Below are positions 1-9,413 of a stretch of DNA of 31,613 bases, piece after piece. How positions within the stretch are numbered: position 1 is the first letter of the stretch; each line of letters opens with the position of its first letter. This DNA is from a virus (lineage: Duplodnaviria > Caudoviricetes). The notes beneath the pieces are model-generated. The model worked only from the letters and a program-made list of their open reading frames with translations, was not told the DNA's origin and made no database searches. The translations under genes were made by a program, and so were the position numbers. Where the stretch lies: the IMG/VR virus record IMGVR_UViG_3300035135_001596, positions 1 to 31,613 of that record. One strand, 5' to 3'.

Positions 1-758
1 ATTGGTTTGAAGCACAAGACTCAAATATGCGTTTTGCTATTAATAGTAACTTAATTGCTAAAAAAGATATTGTAGACAAACTAATTGCTAAAACACAAGG
101 TATGAATCACTTTGAATTATACACAAGTTGCGAAGCAGTAGGCGCACAAGCAGAGTACATTCGTGATGGATTAGTTTATGAACAGTGGCTAACTAATATT
201 AAGCGTATTCTTACTGAAGCAAATACTAAAGGCGTACACATTATGATGACAATTAACAGTCTTTGCTTGTTTAGTATTACAGAATTCTTAGATGAAGTGT
301 ATAAACTAAAAGAACTTACCCAAAGTAGAACACCTACTGTCAGTTTAAATTTATTGCGTTTTCCAAGTTTTCAATCGCCACTAGCATTACCTAATCATAT
401 TAAAGATTATTGTCATGAAAAATTAAGCACTTGGTGGGAAGAAAATAAACACAAGCCGGGATGGCATGAGTTTGAACGTGCAAGTATTGAAAGATTAATT
501 GATTATCTGGTTACTGTAGATGCTCCACATAGGCGTACAAGTAATCCAGTTACACTTTGGCGAGATTTTAAAACATTTTATGCACAATATGATGTGCGTA
601 GAAACAAAAGCATTTATGTTTTTCCAAAAATCTTAACAGATTGGGTAGAAAGTATTCCAGATACAGATGCAAGCATTATGGAACTTGCCGATAAAGAAGG
701 TTGGATATTAAAACCTGATAATAAAAATATAGACGAACCGTTGGCAGCATATGACTAA
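1..758 (+). CDS. Radical SAM protein, C-terminal part (5'-truncated by the window edge)
   Basis: Frame is open from base 3 (WFEAQDSNMRFAINSNL). INSNL and YTSCEAVGAQAEYIRDGLVYEQW align with YNTNL and SIDGVGAVGEYIRTGLKWDEW of the next radical SAM. The CxxxCxxC motif would lie upstream of the window. Confidence 0.75.
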   Translation, partial: WFEAQDSNMRFAINSNLIAKKDIVDKLIAKTQGMNHFELYTSCEAVGAQAEYIRDGLVYEQWLTNIKRILTEANTKGVHIMMTINSLCLFSITEFLDEVYKLKELTQSRTPTVSLNLLRFPSFQSPLALPNHIKDYCHEKLSTWWEENKHKPGWHEFERASIERLIDYLVTVDAPHRRTSNPVTLWRDFKTFYAQYDVRRNKSIYVFPKILTDWVESIPDTDASIMELADKEGWILKPDNKNIDEPLAAYD

Positions 759-2061
759 AAAAGTTGGACCATATTTTTGTACAGCACCATGGACACATAC
801 ATACGTTAGCCCACAGGGAGAACGTAGGCTTTGTTGTGCAAGTAGAGAGGATGCCAGCTTTCAAAAGCAATACATAGACTCAGGAGACAAAAATAATGCA
901 GAATTTGCACCAGTGAGTCTAAAAGAACACTGGAACAGTGAATACATGAAAGATATTCGCAAGCGTATTCTTGCAGGAGAAAAGATTAGCCAGTGCGATG
1001 TGTGTAATAATCAAATATTAAACTTGCATACATATAAAAACTATTTTACAAATAACCTTTTCCCACACAAAGTAGATGAAATAATTGCTAGTACACGAGA
1101 AGATGGCTACACAACTATGCAACCTATTAGTTATGACTATCGTATTTCAAACTTATGCAATTTTAAATGTCGTATGTGCGGTGAGCAACTAAGTTCCAGT
1201 TGGGAAACAGAAAAGATTAAACACAATGTAGTCAACTACGAGCGTGAAAAATGGATGCAACCTGACACACGTAAGAAGATTGCAACGTTTCAAAAGGAAG
1301 TTCTTGAAACAGAACTACAAGCAGCAGTTGACAAAGGCATTGTAGAGGAGTTATACTGGGTAGGCGGTGAGCCTTTGATGTATGACATCCATTGGCGTAT
1401 TATGCAACAGCTAGTTGACGAAGGAAAAAGTCAAGATGTAGTTGTACGCTACAATACAAACTTGAGTAGAACGCACTACAAGGACTATAAACTGTATGAA
1501 ATGTTGGATAATTTCAAACGTGTCAACATTTGTGCCAGCATAGACGGTGTAGGTGCTGTCGGCGAGTACATTAGAACAGGACTCAAGTGGGACGAATGGT
1601 TACAAAACTTCAAAGACGGCATGTTCCTTATTGACAAGTACGGCAATGATGCAATGGTGTTTGATGTAACACTGACAACACCAGGACTTTTTGATTTACA
1701 ACGTATGTTTGATGTAGTTACAGAGCTAGATGTAAAAAGTTACTTTAAAATTACCTTTGCATTTGATCCTAGTGTGCTAATGAGTCCTATGTGTTTGCCA
1801 AGACACGTATTAGATGAACAAATACACAAACTACTAGACTATATCAAGCCAAGAGTAACACACAAAACTCGTGTGTATCAAGAAACACTTGAAAATATGC
1901 TTGAGCGTCCTACGTTTGAAGAAGAATACATTAACTATGCAGACGGTTGGCGTAGAGGTAAGAAGAATATATTGTTTGTTGAAAGTATTAGAACGCAAGA
2001 CGTTACGTTTAGAGACACGCTAAGTGACGCAGGCAAGGAATGGTGGGACAGCATTGAGTAA
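751..2061 (+). CDS. Radical SAM protein with N-terminal SPASM/twitch-like Cys domain
   Basis: CNFKCRMC, GGEP, YNTN and SIDG motifs. N-terminal FCTAPWTH...RLCC...HWNSEYMKDIR...CDVC. Confidence 0.9.
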   Translation: MTKKVGPYFCTAPWTHTYVSPQGERRLCCASREDASFQKQYIDSGDKNNAEFAPVSLKEHWNSEYMKDIRKRILAGEKISQCDVCNNQILNLHTYKNYFTNNLFPHKVDEIIASTREDGYTTMQPISYDYRISNLCNFKCRMCGEQLSSSWETEKIKHNVVNYEREKWMQPDTRKKIATFQKEVLETELQAAVDKGIVEELYWVGGEPLMYDIHWRIMQQLVDEGKSQDVVVRYNTNLSRTHYKDYKLYEMLDNFKRVNICASIDGVGAVGEYIRTGLKWDEWLQNFKDGMFLIDKYGNDAMVFDVTLTTPGLFDLQRMFDVVTELDVKSYFKITFAFDPSVLMSPMCLPRHVLDEQIHKLLDYIKPRVTHKTRVYQETLENMLERPTFEEEYINYADGWRRGKKNILFVESIRTQDVTFRDTLSDAGKEWWDSIE

Positions 2062-3232
2062 AACATTTTGCCCTTTACCGTGGACACACCTAGCAACACA
2101 CCCACATGGTAGTGTTACACTCTGTTGCGAAAGCGATATGACTAATCGTGCAAGCGAATCACAAAACTTGCCACGTGATTTTGTTACACTACATAACACA
2201 GAATATGACTTTGTAAAAATTATGAATTCCGACTTGTTTAAGCAAGTTCGCAAGGACATGTTGGAAGGTAAACAGCCAGCACCTTGTGCAAAGTGTTACA
2301 AACTAGAAGCACTAGGTAATGAAAGCAAACGTATAAGAGACAGCAACCTGTTGGATTTTAATGTACAAGATGCAAGATACATCACAGACGCAGACGGAAC
2401 ACTAACAGAAGTTAATTTTGAATTTATTGAACTGCGACTAGGCAACATATGCAACCTAGCATGTCGTTCGTGTAATCCGCAAAGCAGTAGTAAGTGGATA
2501 CGTGATTGGGAGAAACTAAACGAACGTAAATTTGACATGCCACAGAGCATGTTTGATTGGCCCTTAGATGAACGCTTTTGGGCAAGCCTAGCAGAACACT
2601 GTAATAACACCCGCAAAGTTTATATAAATGGCGGAGAACCTTTGCTTGTAGACAAGCATATGCGTTTCTTAGAGTTTTTAATTGCCAAAGACTTGGCTAA
2701 TAAAATTACACTAGTGTACAGTACAAACGCAACAATCATAAACGACAAATACATAGACTTATGGAAAGAGTTTGAGAAAGTTGAATTTATGGTAAGTATT
2801 GATTGTTTAGAAGAACGCAATACCTATTTACGGCATCCTGCAAAATGGGACAAAACAATCGAAGCATTTGATTGGCTACACAGTCTAGGACACAAGAGCT
2901 ATGTGCTACAAACCATAAGCATAATGAACATTTTCTATATCAAAGAGTTTTGGGAGTTTTTTAGAAGCAAAGGTGTATACGTTTCGCATAACATGGTACA
3001 TCATCCAAACTACTACAGTGCAGCAAATTCACCTCAACACGCCAAGCAGGCTGTGCTAGACAAAATTGTTGGTATGCCGTTCTATGACAATATAAATAAT
3101 TTTCTAAGTCAAGAAGCAAATACAGCAGCATTTGAACAGTTCTTAACAGAAAACAAACGTTTAGATGTTATACGCAATCAAAGTTACGAAAACATATTTA
3201 AAGAGTGGTATGATATATTGAAGGAACAATAG
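2054..3232 (+). CDS. Radical SAM protein with N-terminal SPASM/twitch-like Cys domain
   Basis: CNLACRSC, NGGEP, YSTN and SIDC motifs. N-terminal FCPLPWTH...LCC...CAKC. Start placed at TTG 2054, overlapping the upstream stop (ORF track gives 2024). Confidence 0.9.
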   Translation: MSKTFCPLPWTHLATHPHGSVTLCCESDMTNRASESQNLPRDFVTLHNTEYDFVKIMNSDLFKQVRKDMLEGKQPAPCAKCYKLEALGNESKRIRDSNLLDFNVQDARYITDADGTLTEVNFEFIELRLGNICNLACRSCNPQSSSKWIRDWEKLNERKFDMPQSMFDWPLDERFWASLAEHCNNTRKVYINGGEPLLVDKHMRFLEFLIAKDLANKITLVYSTNATIINDKYIDLWKEFEKVEFMVSIDCLEERNTYLRHPAKWDKTIEAFDWLHSLGHKSYVLQTISIMNIFYIKEFWEFFRSKGVYVSHNMVHHPNYYSAANSPQHAKQAVLDKIVGMPFYDNINNFLSQEANTAAFEQFLTENKRLDVIRNQSYENIFKEWYDILKEQ

Positions 3233-3233
3233 G

Positions 3234-4118
3234 TTGGCACAAATTAGTTTGAAGACAGAAAGCACAGAAGTTGTAATTGATGTAGCTAATACAGAATTTA
3301 TGCAAACATGGCTAGATTATATGAACAGTCTTACTATGCCTAGTTTTAGTTGCAGCAGATGGTTTTATTATTGGAAGGAAATCAGTGATAAAGGAGTTCC
3401 TGCTTCTATTGATTTATTAGAAGATGCTCTTTTATATTGTTCTAAACATATTACAAATTATGACTGGTCAAATTCTCTACAGGCACTAGAAAATTTTAAA
3501 CAGGAACCTTCACAGTCACACATGAATATTATTCATAGAGATTTCACTTCACAAATACTACAAAAAAATATTGAAAAATATTTAGATAATGATTTATTAT
3601 CAGTAAAAGTACATAACATCAATGCCGCAGTTCATCAACTAGAGGTCTATAAAACTTGGAATTTGCTTCCTATAAGAGAAAAATTTCCAGGTAAAATTTT
3701 TGCTATTACATTCACTGATGCAAACAATATGGAAGGGGTAGATTTTTCTCCGTTCAAACACAAACTTACTAATTTATCGTTTGACCATAAAAAAGAAAAT
3801 ACAGACTATAATGTTTGGCTTAATGAAGATATACTAGGAAAAGATCTCATAAGGTGTTTTTTAGATGGCGATGACCCTAATAACTCTGATATAACTGGTA
3901 ACACATTTATGACACCTAATTTAATGATAGATGTCAAAAAAACGAATCATGAAATTTTACAGAGTCCTGAGTTTAATGAATGGCATGCGGCAGTTTGTCC
4001 TGATAAAAATCTTAATAGGTGGCCAGTTGGTAACATAGATTTAACATCTTATAATTTACCTGAAAAAGATTTTGAAGACGTATTAGAGTATAAAATATAT
4101 GATAAATTTGTACTATGA
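3234..4118 (+). CDS. Hypothetical protein, paralog of 15965..16774, with His/Glu motifs
   Basis: 294-aa ORF, TTG start, tightly packed. HRDF...NAAVHQLE...LGKDLIRCFLDGD...PVGNI pattern is shared with the minus-strand paralog. Confidence 0.75.
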   Translation: MAQISLKTESTEVVIDVANTEFMQTWLDYMNSLTMPSFSCSRWFYYWKEISDKGVPASIDLLEDALLYCSKHITNYDWSNSLQALENFKQEPSQSHMNIIHRDFTSQILQKNIEKYLDNDLLSVKVHNINAAVHQLEVYKTWNLLPIREKFPGKIFAITFTDANNMEGVDFSPFKHKLTNLSFDHKKENTDYNVWLNEDILGKDLIRCFLDGDDPNNSDITGNTFMTPNLMIDVKKTNHEILQSPEFNEWHAAVCPDKNLNRWPVGNIDLTSYNLPEKDFEDVLEYKIYDKFVL

Positions 4119-5418
4119 CAAAATATACAAAAAGAGCCTGCCTTTACCTAACGGAATTAGGACTGCTGGTAACTTTACCTCTATAGGATTACCGTATGCT
4201 AATGATGAGTATAGTTCTAGCCCTTTATTGAGACACACAGAATTTTTATCTGCAATGAAGGTATGTAAAGTAAAATATAATCTATATACAGGTTCAACGA
4301 CAACAAAAAATTTATTTTATCCTTTAGAACTTAATCAAACGTTCCAATTAATTAATAATTCACTTACAAAGTATATTAGTGAAAAAGTAAAAAATAAAAT
4401 ACAAAAAGGCAAATTTAAATTATTACTTATATGTAATAGATTAGGTAATAATAATTATTCTTACGGATTATTAAAAAAAAGGATAGATGAATTAGTAGAA
4501 TATGGTATATCAAAAAATAATATTTTTGTTCTAACTAGTGATGTAAATTGTTCATACAAAAAATTTTTAGATATTCCTAATATGTACGGAATAGATTGGT
4601 GGCAAATATATTCTCAATCAGTATATAAATCGAAAAGACAGGGATTAAAAAGTTATGAAAATTTATTTCCTTTAGATTATAACTTTAAGCCTTCGCCTTT
4701 TAAATATGAATTAGATTATGAAAAATGGAACCCTAGCAGATTATATACAGCATTAACGATGATGCAAAGACCATGGGACTACAGTTTAATTGTTGAAATA
4801 CTATACCAAAATATAGACAAACACGGAGATTGGTATTTTGATGAAACCTTATTCAAATTACCTGATCGTGTTGAAGATGTATTAGATATGAAAAATGGAT
4901 TAGCAGAAGTTTCTCAAAAGCAATATATTTTAGGAAAAAAACTTTCAAGCAAAAAAACACATAATAAAAAAATGCACGATAGTTTTTATTTAGATAGAAA
5001 TGACTTTTATGAAAGTTTGTTTAATATAGTTGTTAATGATTCATGTGTTACACAAAATAATCCATATATGGATAGCATCAATCTACTTTCGCCGGGAACA
5101 GGTATATGGAGACAAATAGCAGAAGGTCATCCGTTTATAGTTTTAGGTGACATGAATACAATGACATATTTAAATAAGGAAGGTTATTTCAGCTACCATG
5201 ATTTAGCATTTCAAAATTACGATAGTTATATAAGTGTACCTAAGAGAGTCAAGGCAATATGTAAAGAAATACATAATTTGACTAATAAGAACATTAACGT
5301 AATCAAAGATAGTGTAACTCCTATAGCAAATAAGAACAAAGAAAAATTCTTTGCAAAAGATAATGGTAGAAAGTTTTGGCAACTTTTTCTTGACATGAGG
5401 TACGAAAGTCCTGTATAA
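4099..5418 (+). CDS. Hypothetical protein, possibly GT-B/GT10-like glycosyltransferase-related (degenerate)
   Basis: 439-aa ORF. C-terminal GHPFIVLGDMNTMTYLNKEGYFSY resembles GHPFLLGANPTIFNYIKELGFKTF of 30331..31392, but it lacks the TEK motif. Confidence 0.6.
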   Translation: MINLYYDKIYKKSLPLPNGIRTAGNFTSIGLPYANDEYSSSPLLRHTEFLSAMKVCKVKYNLYTGSTTTKNLFYPLELNQTFQLINNSLTKYISEKVKNKIQKGKFKLLLICNRLGNNNYSYGLLKKRIDELVEYGISKNNIFVLTSDVNCSYKKFLDIPNMYGIDWWQIYSQSVYKSKRQGLKSYENLFPLDYNFKPSPFKYELDYEKWNPSRLYTALTMMQRPWDYSLIVEILYQNIDKHGDWYFDETLFKLPDRVEDVLDMKNGLAEVSQKQYILGKKLSSKKTHNKKMHDSFYLDRNDFYESLFNIVVNDSCVTQNNPYMDSINLLSPGTGIWRQIAEGHPFIVLGDMNTMTYLNKEGYFSYHDLAFQNYDSYISVPKRVKAICKEIHNLTNKNINVIKDSVTPIANKNKEKFFAKDNGRKFWQLFLDMRYESPV

Positions 5419-5424
5419 TTAGAT

Positions 5425-7359
5425 ATGTATGACATAATATTCATAAACAATAATACTGAAATGGCAGATAACTCTTGGGATTTTTTGAAACATAGATTTC
5501 CTAGAGCAAAAAGTGCAGTTTCTTTAGAAGATGCTCAGTCCAAAGCTATGACTAAAATGTTTTGGATAGTATGGCCAGACCTAATTGTTAATGATAATTT
5601 TAATTTTGATTATGAAGTTGACCAATGGAGTACAGAATATATCCATACTTTTTTGAATGGTGAACACTACGATGGAATAATACTAGTTCCTAAACGTGCA
5701 AAAATTAGTGCAAAAGAATGGCGTCACAGATTTTTTATAAACAAAAAAGAAACAGGAATACAGGCAAGCATACCGCAACCTTTTGATCTATTTTATATAG
5801 ATACATGGGAAGAATATGAGTCAGCTGTACAAAATAGCACAACAGAAATGTTTTGGATGGTATCAAATAACTTGTTTTACAATTCGACATACATAAACAA
5901 TTTTTATTTTAGTCATCACAATAGTTATGATAGAAAGGAAAATCATGCATTTGTACATGATGTTAATGGCAGGAGATTATACAATGGCGTATTCTTATGT
6001 TCAAAAAACAAACTCCTCAACAAAAAACAAATAGAATATAGATTTTTAGTTAATGCTAAACAATGGGACGATGTAGTTAGCGGTCCATGTAAATATGACT
6101 TATTTGTAGCAAATGATTACGATGATTACTTAGAAGCATTAAAAAAATGTAGGACAGAAATGTTTTGGTTAATACCTACACATGTTCATATGGATGATAC
6201 ATTTGAATATGATTATTATTTTAGCCATGATAATGAATATGACAGAAAAATTAATCATGTGTTTAAAAATGGTGAATATTATGATGGTGTAGTGCTATGT
6301 TCAAAATATGCAAAACTAGGAGAACGTGAGTTTAAGTATAAATTTGTAACGAATAAGAAAGAACATGATGTAGTAGTAAGTTCGCCTAGATCGTATGATA
6401 AGTTTGTTGTAAATTCATATGAAGATTATAAAAAATTAGGGCAAATGATTTCTACTGATTTTTATTTTGTTATCCCTAGTGATGTTAACGTAGAATGGGA
6501 TTTCAATTATCAAATACCTTATTATGAAAAGGACAATGTTCACATTTTTAGAAATGGAAAATACCACGACGGTATTTTCTTAATACACAAAGATAAAAAA
6601 TTATCACAACGTGAATTTGATTATAAATTCTTTGTAAACAAAAAAGAAATAAATAAAACGGCTTCGACGCCAAAACCATATGACATTGTTTTCATAAGTT
6701 ATAATGAACCAAATGCTGACGAAAACTATGCTAGGTTATTAAAAAGATATCCACAAGCTAAAAGGATACACGGCGTCAAAGGCATTCATCAAGCACATAT
6801 AGAAGCGGCAAAGTTATGCACAACAAATATGTTTTTTGTTGTTGACGGCGATGCACAAATTTTGGACGATTTTGATTTAGATTTTCAAGTTCCTAAATGG
6901 CAACGTGATCAAGTGTTTGTATGGCGTAGCCGTAATCCAATAAACAATTTGGAATACGGGTATGGAGGAATAAAATTGTTTCCTGTAAAAGAAACAATAA
7001 ACATGGATGTTACAAAAACTGACATGACTACAAGTATAAGTCCAAAGTTTAATGCTATGGATAGTGTAAGCAATATTACAGTATTCAATACAGATGCATT
7101 TTCAACTTGGAAAAGTGCTTTTAGAGAGTGTTGTAAATTATCATCAAAAACAATACGAGGACAAGTAGATAATGAAACAGAAGAAAGACTTAACACCTGG
7201 TGCGAGATGGGAGCGGATTCATTGTTTGGAGAATACGCTATTTCTGGGGCTCGCAATGGTCGTCAGTTCGGTCATGATAATCGCAATCTCCCAGATCGTC
7301 TAAATTTAATTAACAATTTTGATTGGCTAAAGGAGCAATTTAATGCAACCTGTGCCTGA
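5425..7359 (+). CDS. GT-A (GT2-like) glycosyltransferase-like protein with five tandem homologous units
   Basis: C-terminal unit YDIVFISYNEPNA...GIHQAHIEAAK...FFVVDGDA carries a DxD. Four degenerate upstream copies follow the pattern (Y/F)DxF...T(E/K)MFW...NG.YxDG(I/V)xL. Confidence 0.7.
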   Translation: MYDIIFINNNTEMADNSWDFLKHRFPRAKSAVSLEDAQSKAMTKMFWIVWPDLIVNDNFNFDYEVDQWSTEYIHTFLNGEHYDGIILVPKRAKISAKEWRHRFFINKKETGIQASIPQPFDLFYIDTWEEYESAVQNSTTEMFWMVSNNLFYNSTYINNFYFSHHNSYDRKENHAFVHDVNGRRLYNGVFLCSKNKLLNKKQIEYRFLVNAKQWDDVVSGPCKYDLFVANDYDDYLEALKKCRTEMFWLIPTHVHMDDTFEYDYYFSHDNEYDRKINHVFKNGEYYDGVVLCSKYAKLGEREFKYKFVTNKKEHDVVVSSPRSYDKFVVNSYEDYKKLGQMISTDFYFVIPSDVNVEWDFNYQIPYYEKDNVHIFRNGKYHDGIFLIHKDKKLSQREFDYKFFVNKKEINKTASTPKPYDIVFISYNEPNADENYARLLKRYPQAKRIHGVKGIHQAHIEAAKLCTTNMFFVVDGDAQILDDFDLDFQVPKWQRDQVFVWRSRNPINNLEYGYGGIKLFPVKETINMDVTKTDMTTSISPKFNAMDSVSNITVFNTDAFSTWKSAFRECCKLSSKTIRGQVDNETEERLNTWCEMGADSLFGEYAISGARNGRQFGHDNRNLPDRLNLINNFDWLKEQFNATCA

Positions 7360-8404
7360 TATAAAAACAGTTCATATTGAACTTACAGATAAGTGTCAGG
7401 CACAGTGTCCAATGTGTGCAAGGAATTATCACGGAGGCAAAACAAGACCATTTATTCGTAATGGTGATATTAGTATTAGACAATTTAAAGAATGGTTTCC
7501 TAAATCTTTTTTAGCACAGTTATATAACTTTTATAGTTGTGGTAATTATGGTGATCCTGCATTTGCACAAGATTGTTTAGAAATTTATTCTTATGTTAGA
7601 GAGTGCAACCCTACAGCTCGATTAGCATTACATACTAACGGTGGCATGAGAAATCCTGCTTGGTGGACAAAATTAGCACAGCATAACATTGAAGTAATAT
7701 TCGCTGTTGACGGTTTCAAAGGAAAACACGAGTTGTATCGTAAAAATACAAACTTTGACAAGGTTATTGAAAACTTAACAGCATTTTGTGATGCAGGCGG
7801 AAATGCTAGAGTCGATAGTCTAGTGTTTGCACATAATGAACATGAAGTTGACGATTTAGAAAAGTATCTTCTAGGACTAGGAGTACAAAATGTAAACTTT
7901 GTTAGTACTACACGTTTTTATGAAATGCAAGAATATGAAGTACACGATAATTACGGTAATGTAGAATATACAATATCGCCTGCACAAACACCAAAATTTA
8001 AAAAAACACCTAATAAAAATTTAATACATTTGGTTGATAAAGATATTAGGGATAGTGCAATTGAAGCAAGTATTATTGATCCTAAGTGTGTAACTGAGAA
8101 GGGTATATATGTAGACCCTTATGGTGATATATTTCCTTGTTGCTGGTTAGGTGGTGATTACTTAGAACAACCTATTGAAGAAAAACTACCTATACATTAT
8201 CTTAGAAATCTAAGTGTAGAAAATACAAAAGAAGTTTTTAAGCGTGTAGGTGTTCCTAATTGTAGTAGCGGAGTTTTAGGAACAAAAGAAGTATTATTTA
8301 AATTATTGCCAGAGTTTTGGCAAGGTAAAGATAAATGCATGACATGTGCAAGACAATGTAGTAAGTTAGTATATGACAACAACAACAAATATTCCCTGGC
8401 ATAA
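7343..8404 (+). CDS. Radical SAM protein with C-terminal SPASM/twitch-like domain
   Basis: CQAQCPMC, GNYGDP, HTNG and AVDG motifs. C-terminal PKC...GDIFPCCW...CMTCARQC. Confidence 0.9.
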   Translation: MQPVPDIKTVHIELTDKCQAQCPMCARNYHGGKTRPFIRNGDISIRQFKEWFPKSFLAQLYNFYSCGNYGDPAFAQDCLEIYSYVRECNPTARLALHTNGGMRNPAWWTKLAQHNIEVIFAVDGFKGKHELYRKNTNFDKVIENLTAFCDAGGNARVDSLVFAHNEHEVDDLEKYLLGLGVQNVNFVSTTRFYEMQEYEVHDNYGNVEYTISPAQTPKFKKTPNKNLIHLVDKDIRDSAIEASIIDPKCVTEKGIYVDPYGDIFPCCWLGGDYLEQPIEEKLPIHYLRNLSVENTKEVFKRVGVPNCSSGVLGTKEVLFKLLPEFWQGKDKCMTCARQCSKLVYDNNNKYSLA

Positions 8405-9356
8405 TATTACTGAATTTGGCCAGAAAACCCTCCTAAAGAGCCATCTTTTTACGGTTTCTTGGATCCTGGCTAGATTTTGTAATTATAACTGCTCATATTG
8501 CTGGCCATACGCAAGATCTAGTACCCCAGATCACCAAAAATTAGAAATTTACTTAAAGACCCTTGATAGTATAAAGACACAAGCTCGTGCAAATGGGTTT
8601 ACAGACTTCCATTTTAGTTTTAGTGGAGGTGAGCCAACTGCTTATAAATACTTTGGGGAGATCATAGATCATTACTGTAGTGATACAGCACCCGAGTATC
8701 AAAGTATACATATGACAACTAATTTGTCTCCTGGCAGTAAATGGTGGAACAAATGGTTAGAATCAACAAGCAAACTCCAGCGTAGGAGTATTACTGCAAG
8801 TTATCACGCAGAGTTTGCAAAAGAACAGGAGTTTGGAGACAAGTGTCTTCAATTAATAAATGATGGTGTATTTGTTACGATCAATCAAGTTATGGTTCCA
8901 GAAATGTTCGAAGAACTTTACGAACGTTTGGAAAGATTTGCCGCCAGAGGTATTAACGTCACTCTCAAGCCCCAGTCCGATCCTACCGCCTCCTACGTGG
9001 TACATGGATATAATGAAGAGCAGATATCAAAAATGCAACAGGGCTTCTCACAAGAATGGCAAGGTGAAAAAGTCGCCCAAATCGCACTCTACGACGATAA
9101 AGGAATAGAGTACGAATTAGATCAAGCAGAAAGATTTAATGCCTTCGGCTTTAATAAATTTAAGGGTTGGTCCTGCAATGCCGGTTATCAAGGAATAGTT
9201 GTTAGAGAAAACGAAGTCAAGCGTAGTTATAGTTGTCACGAAGAACCTCTTGGTACAATTACAGAAGGGTTTGAAATATTCAAAACACCAAAAATGTGTG
9301 TAACACCTACATGTGTAAGTAGTGCAGATAGCAAACTGCCTAAAAAAAGGATATAA
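8373..9356 (+). CDS. Radical SAM protein with C-terminal Cys-rich (twitch-like) domain
   Basis: CNYNCSYC, SGGEP, TTN and SYH motifs. C-terminal FKGWSCNAG...SYSC...CVTPTCVSSAD. Confidence 0.9.
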   Translation: MTTTTNIPWHNITEFGQKTLLKSHLFTVSWILARFCNYNCSYCWPYARSSTPDHQKLEIYLKTLDSIKTQARANGFTDFHFSFSGGEPTAYKYFGEIIDHYCSDTAPEYQSIHMTTNLSPGSKWWNKWLESTSKLQRRSITASYHAEFAKEQEFGDKCLQLINDGVFVTINQVMVPEMFEELYERLERFAARGINVTLKPQSDPTASYVVHGYNEEQISKMQQGFSQEWQGEKVAQIALYDDKGIEYELDQAERFNAFGFNKFKGWSCNAGYQGIVVRENEVKRSYSCHEEPLGTITEGFEIFKTPKMCVTPTCVSSADSKLPKKRI

Positions 9357-9378
9357 TACATGGTAGACAATAAACAGG

Positions 9379-9407
9379 TTGCAAGTTCTGACAATTTGTC
9401 GTATAAT
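9379..9407 (+). promoter_or_regulatory. Sigma70-type promoter (TTGCAA-N17-TATAAT) with a palindrome in the spacer
   Basis: TTGCAA at 9379-9384, TATAAT at 9402-9407, GACAA-T-TTGTC inverted repeat at 9390-9400. ATG 9414 follows the -10 after 6 nt. Confidence 0.55.
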
Positions 9408-9413
9408 ATAAAG

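Noticed and set aside
5414-5424. TATAAT-N5-ATG before the repeat glycosyltransferase
   Set aside because: It overlaps the upstream stop, does not match TAA(A/G)TA-N5 and has no clear -35; could be chance in AT-rich DNA.
5425-7359. CRISPR or DNA-level tandem repeat
   Set aside because: The repetition is degenerate and at protein level within one ORF; there are no identical spaced direct repeats.
8860-9108. Same-strand alternative-frame ORF (82 aa, Pro/Ser-rich) inside a radical SAM gene
   Set aside because: No Shine-Dalgarno or promoter box; explained by a locally less AT-rich stretch.
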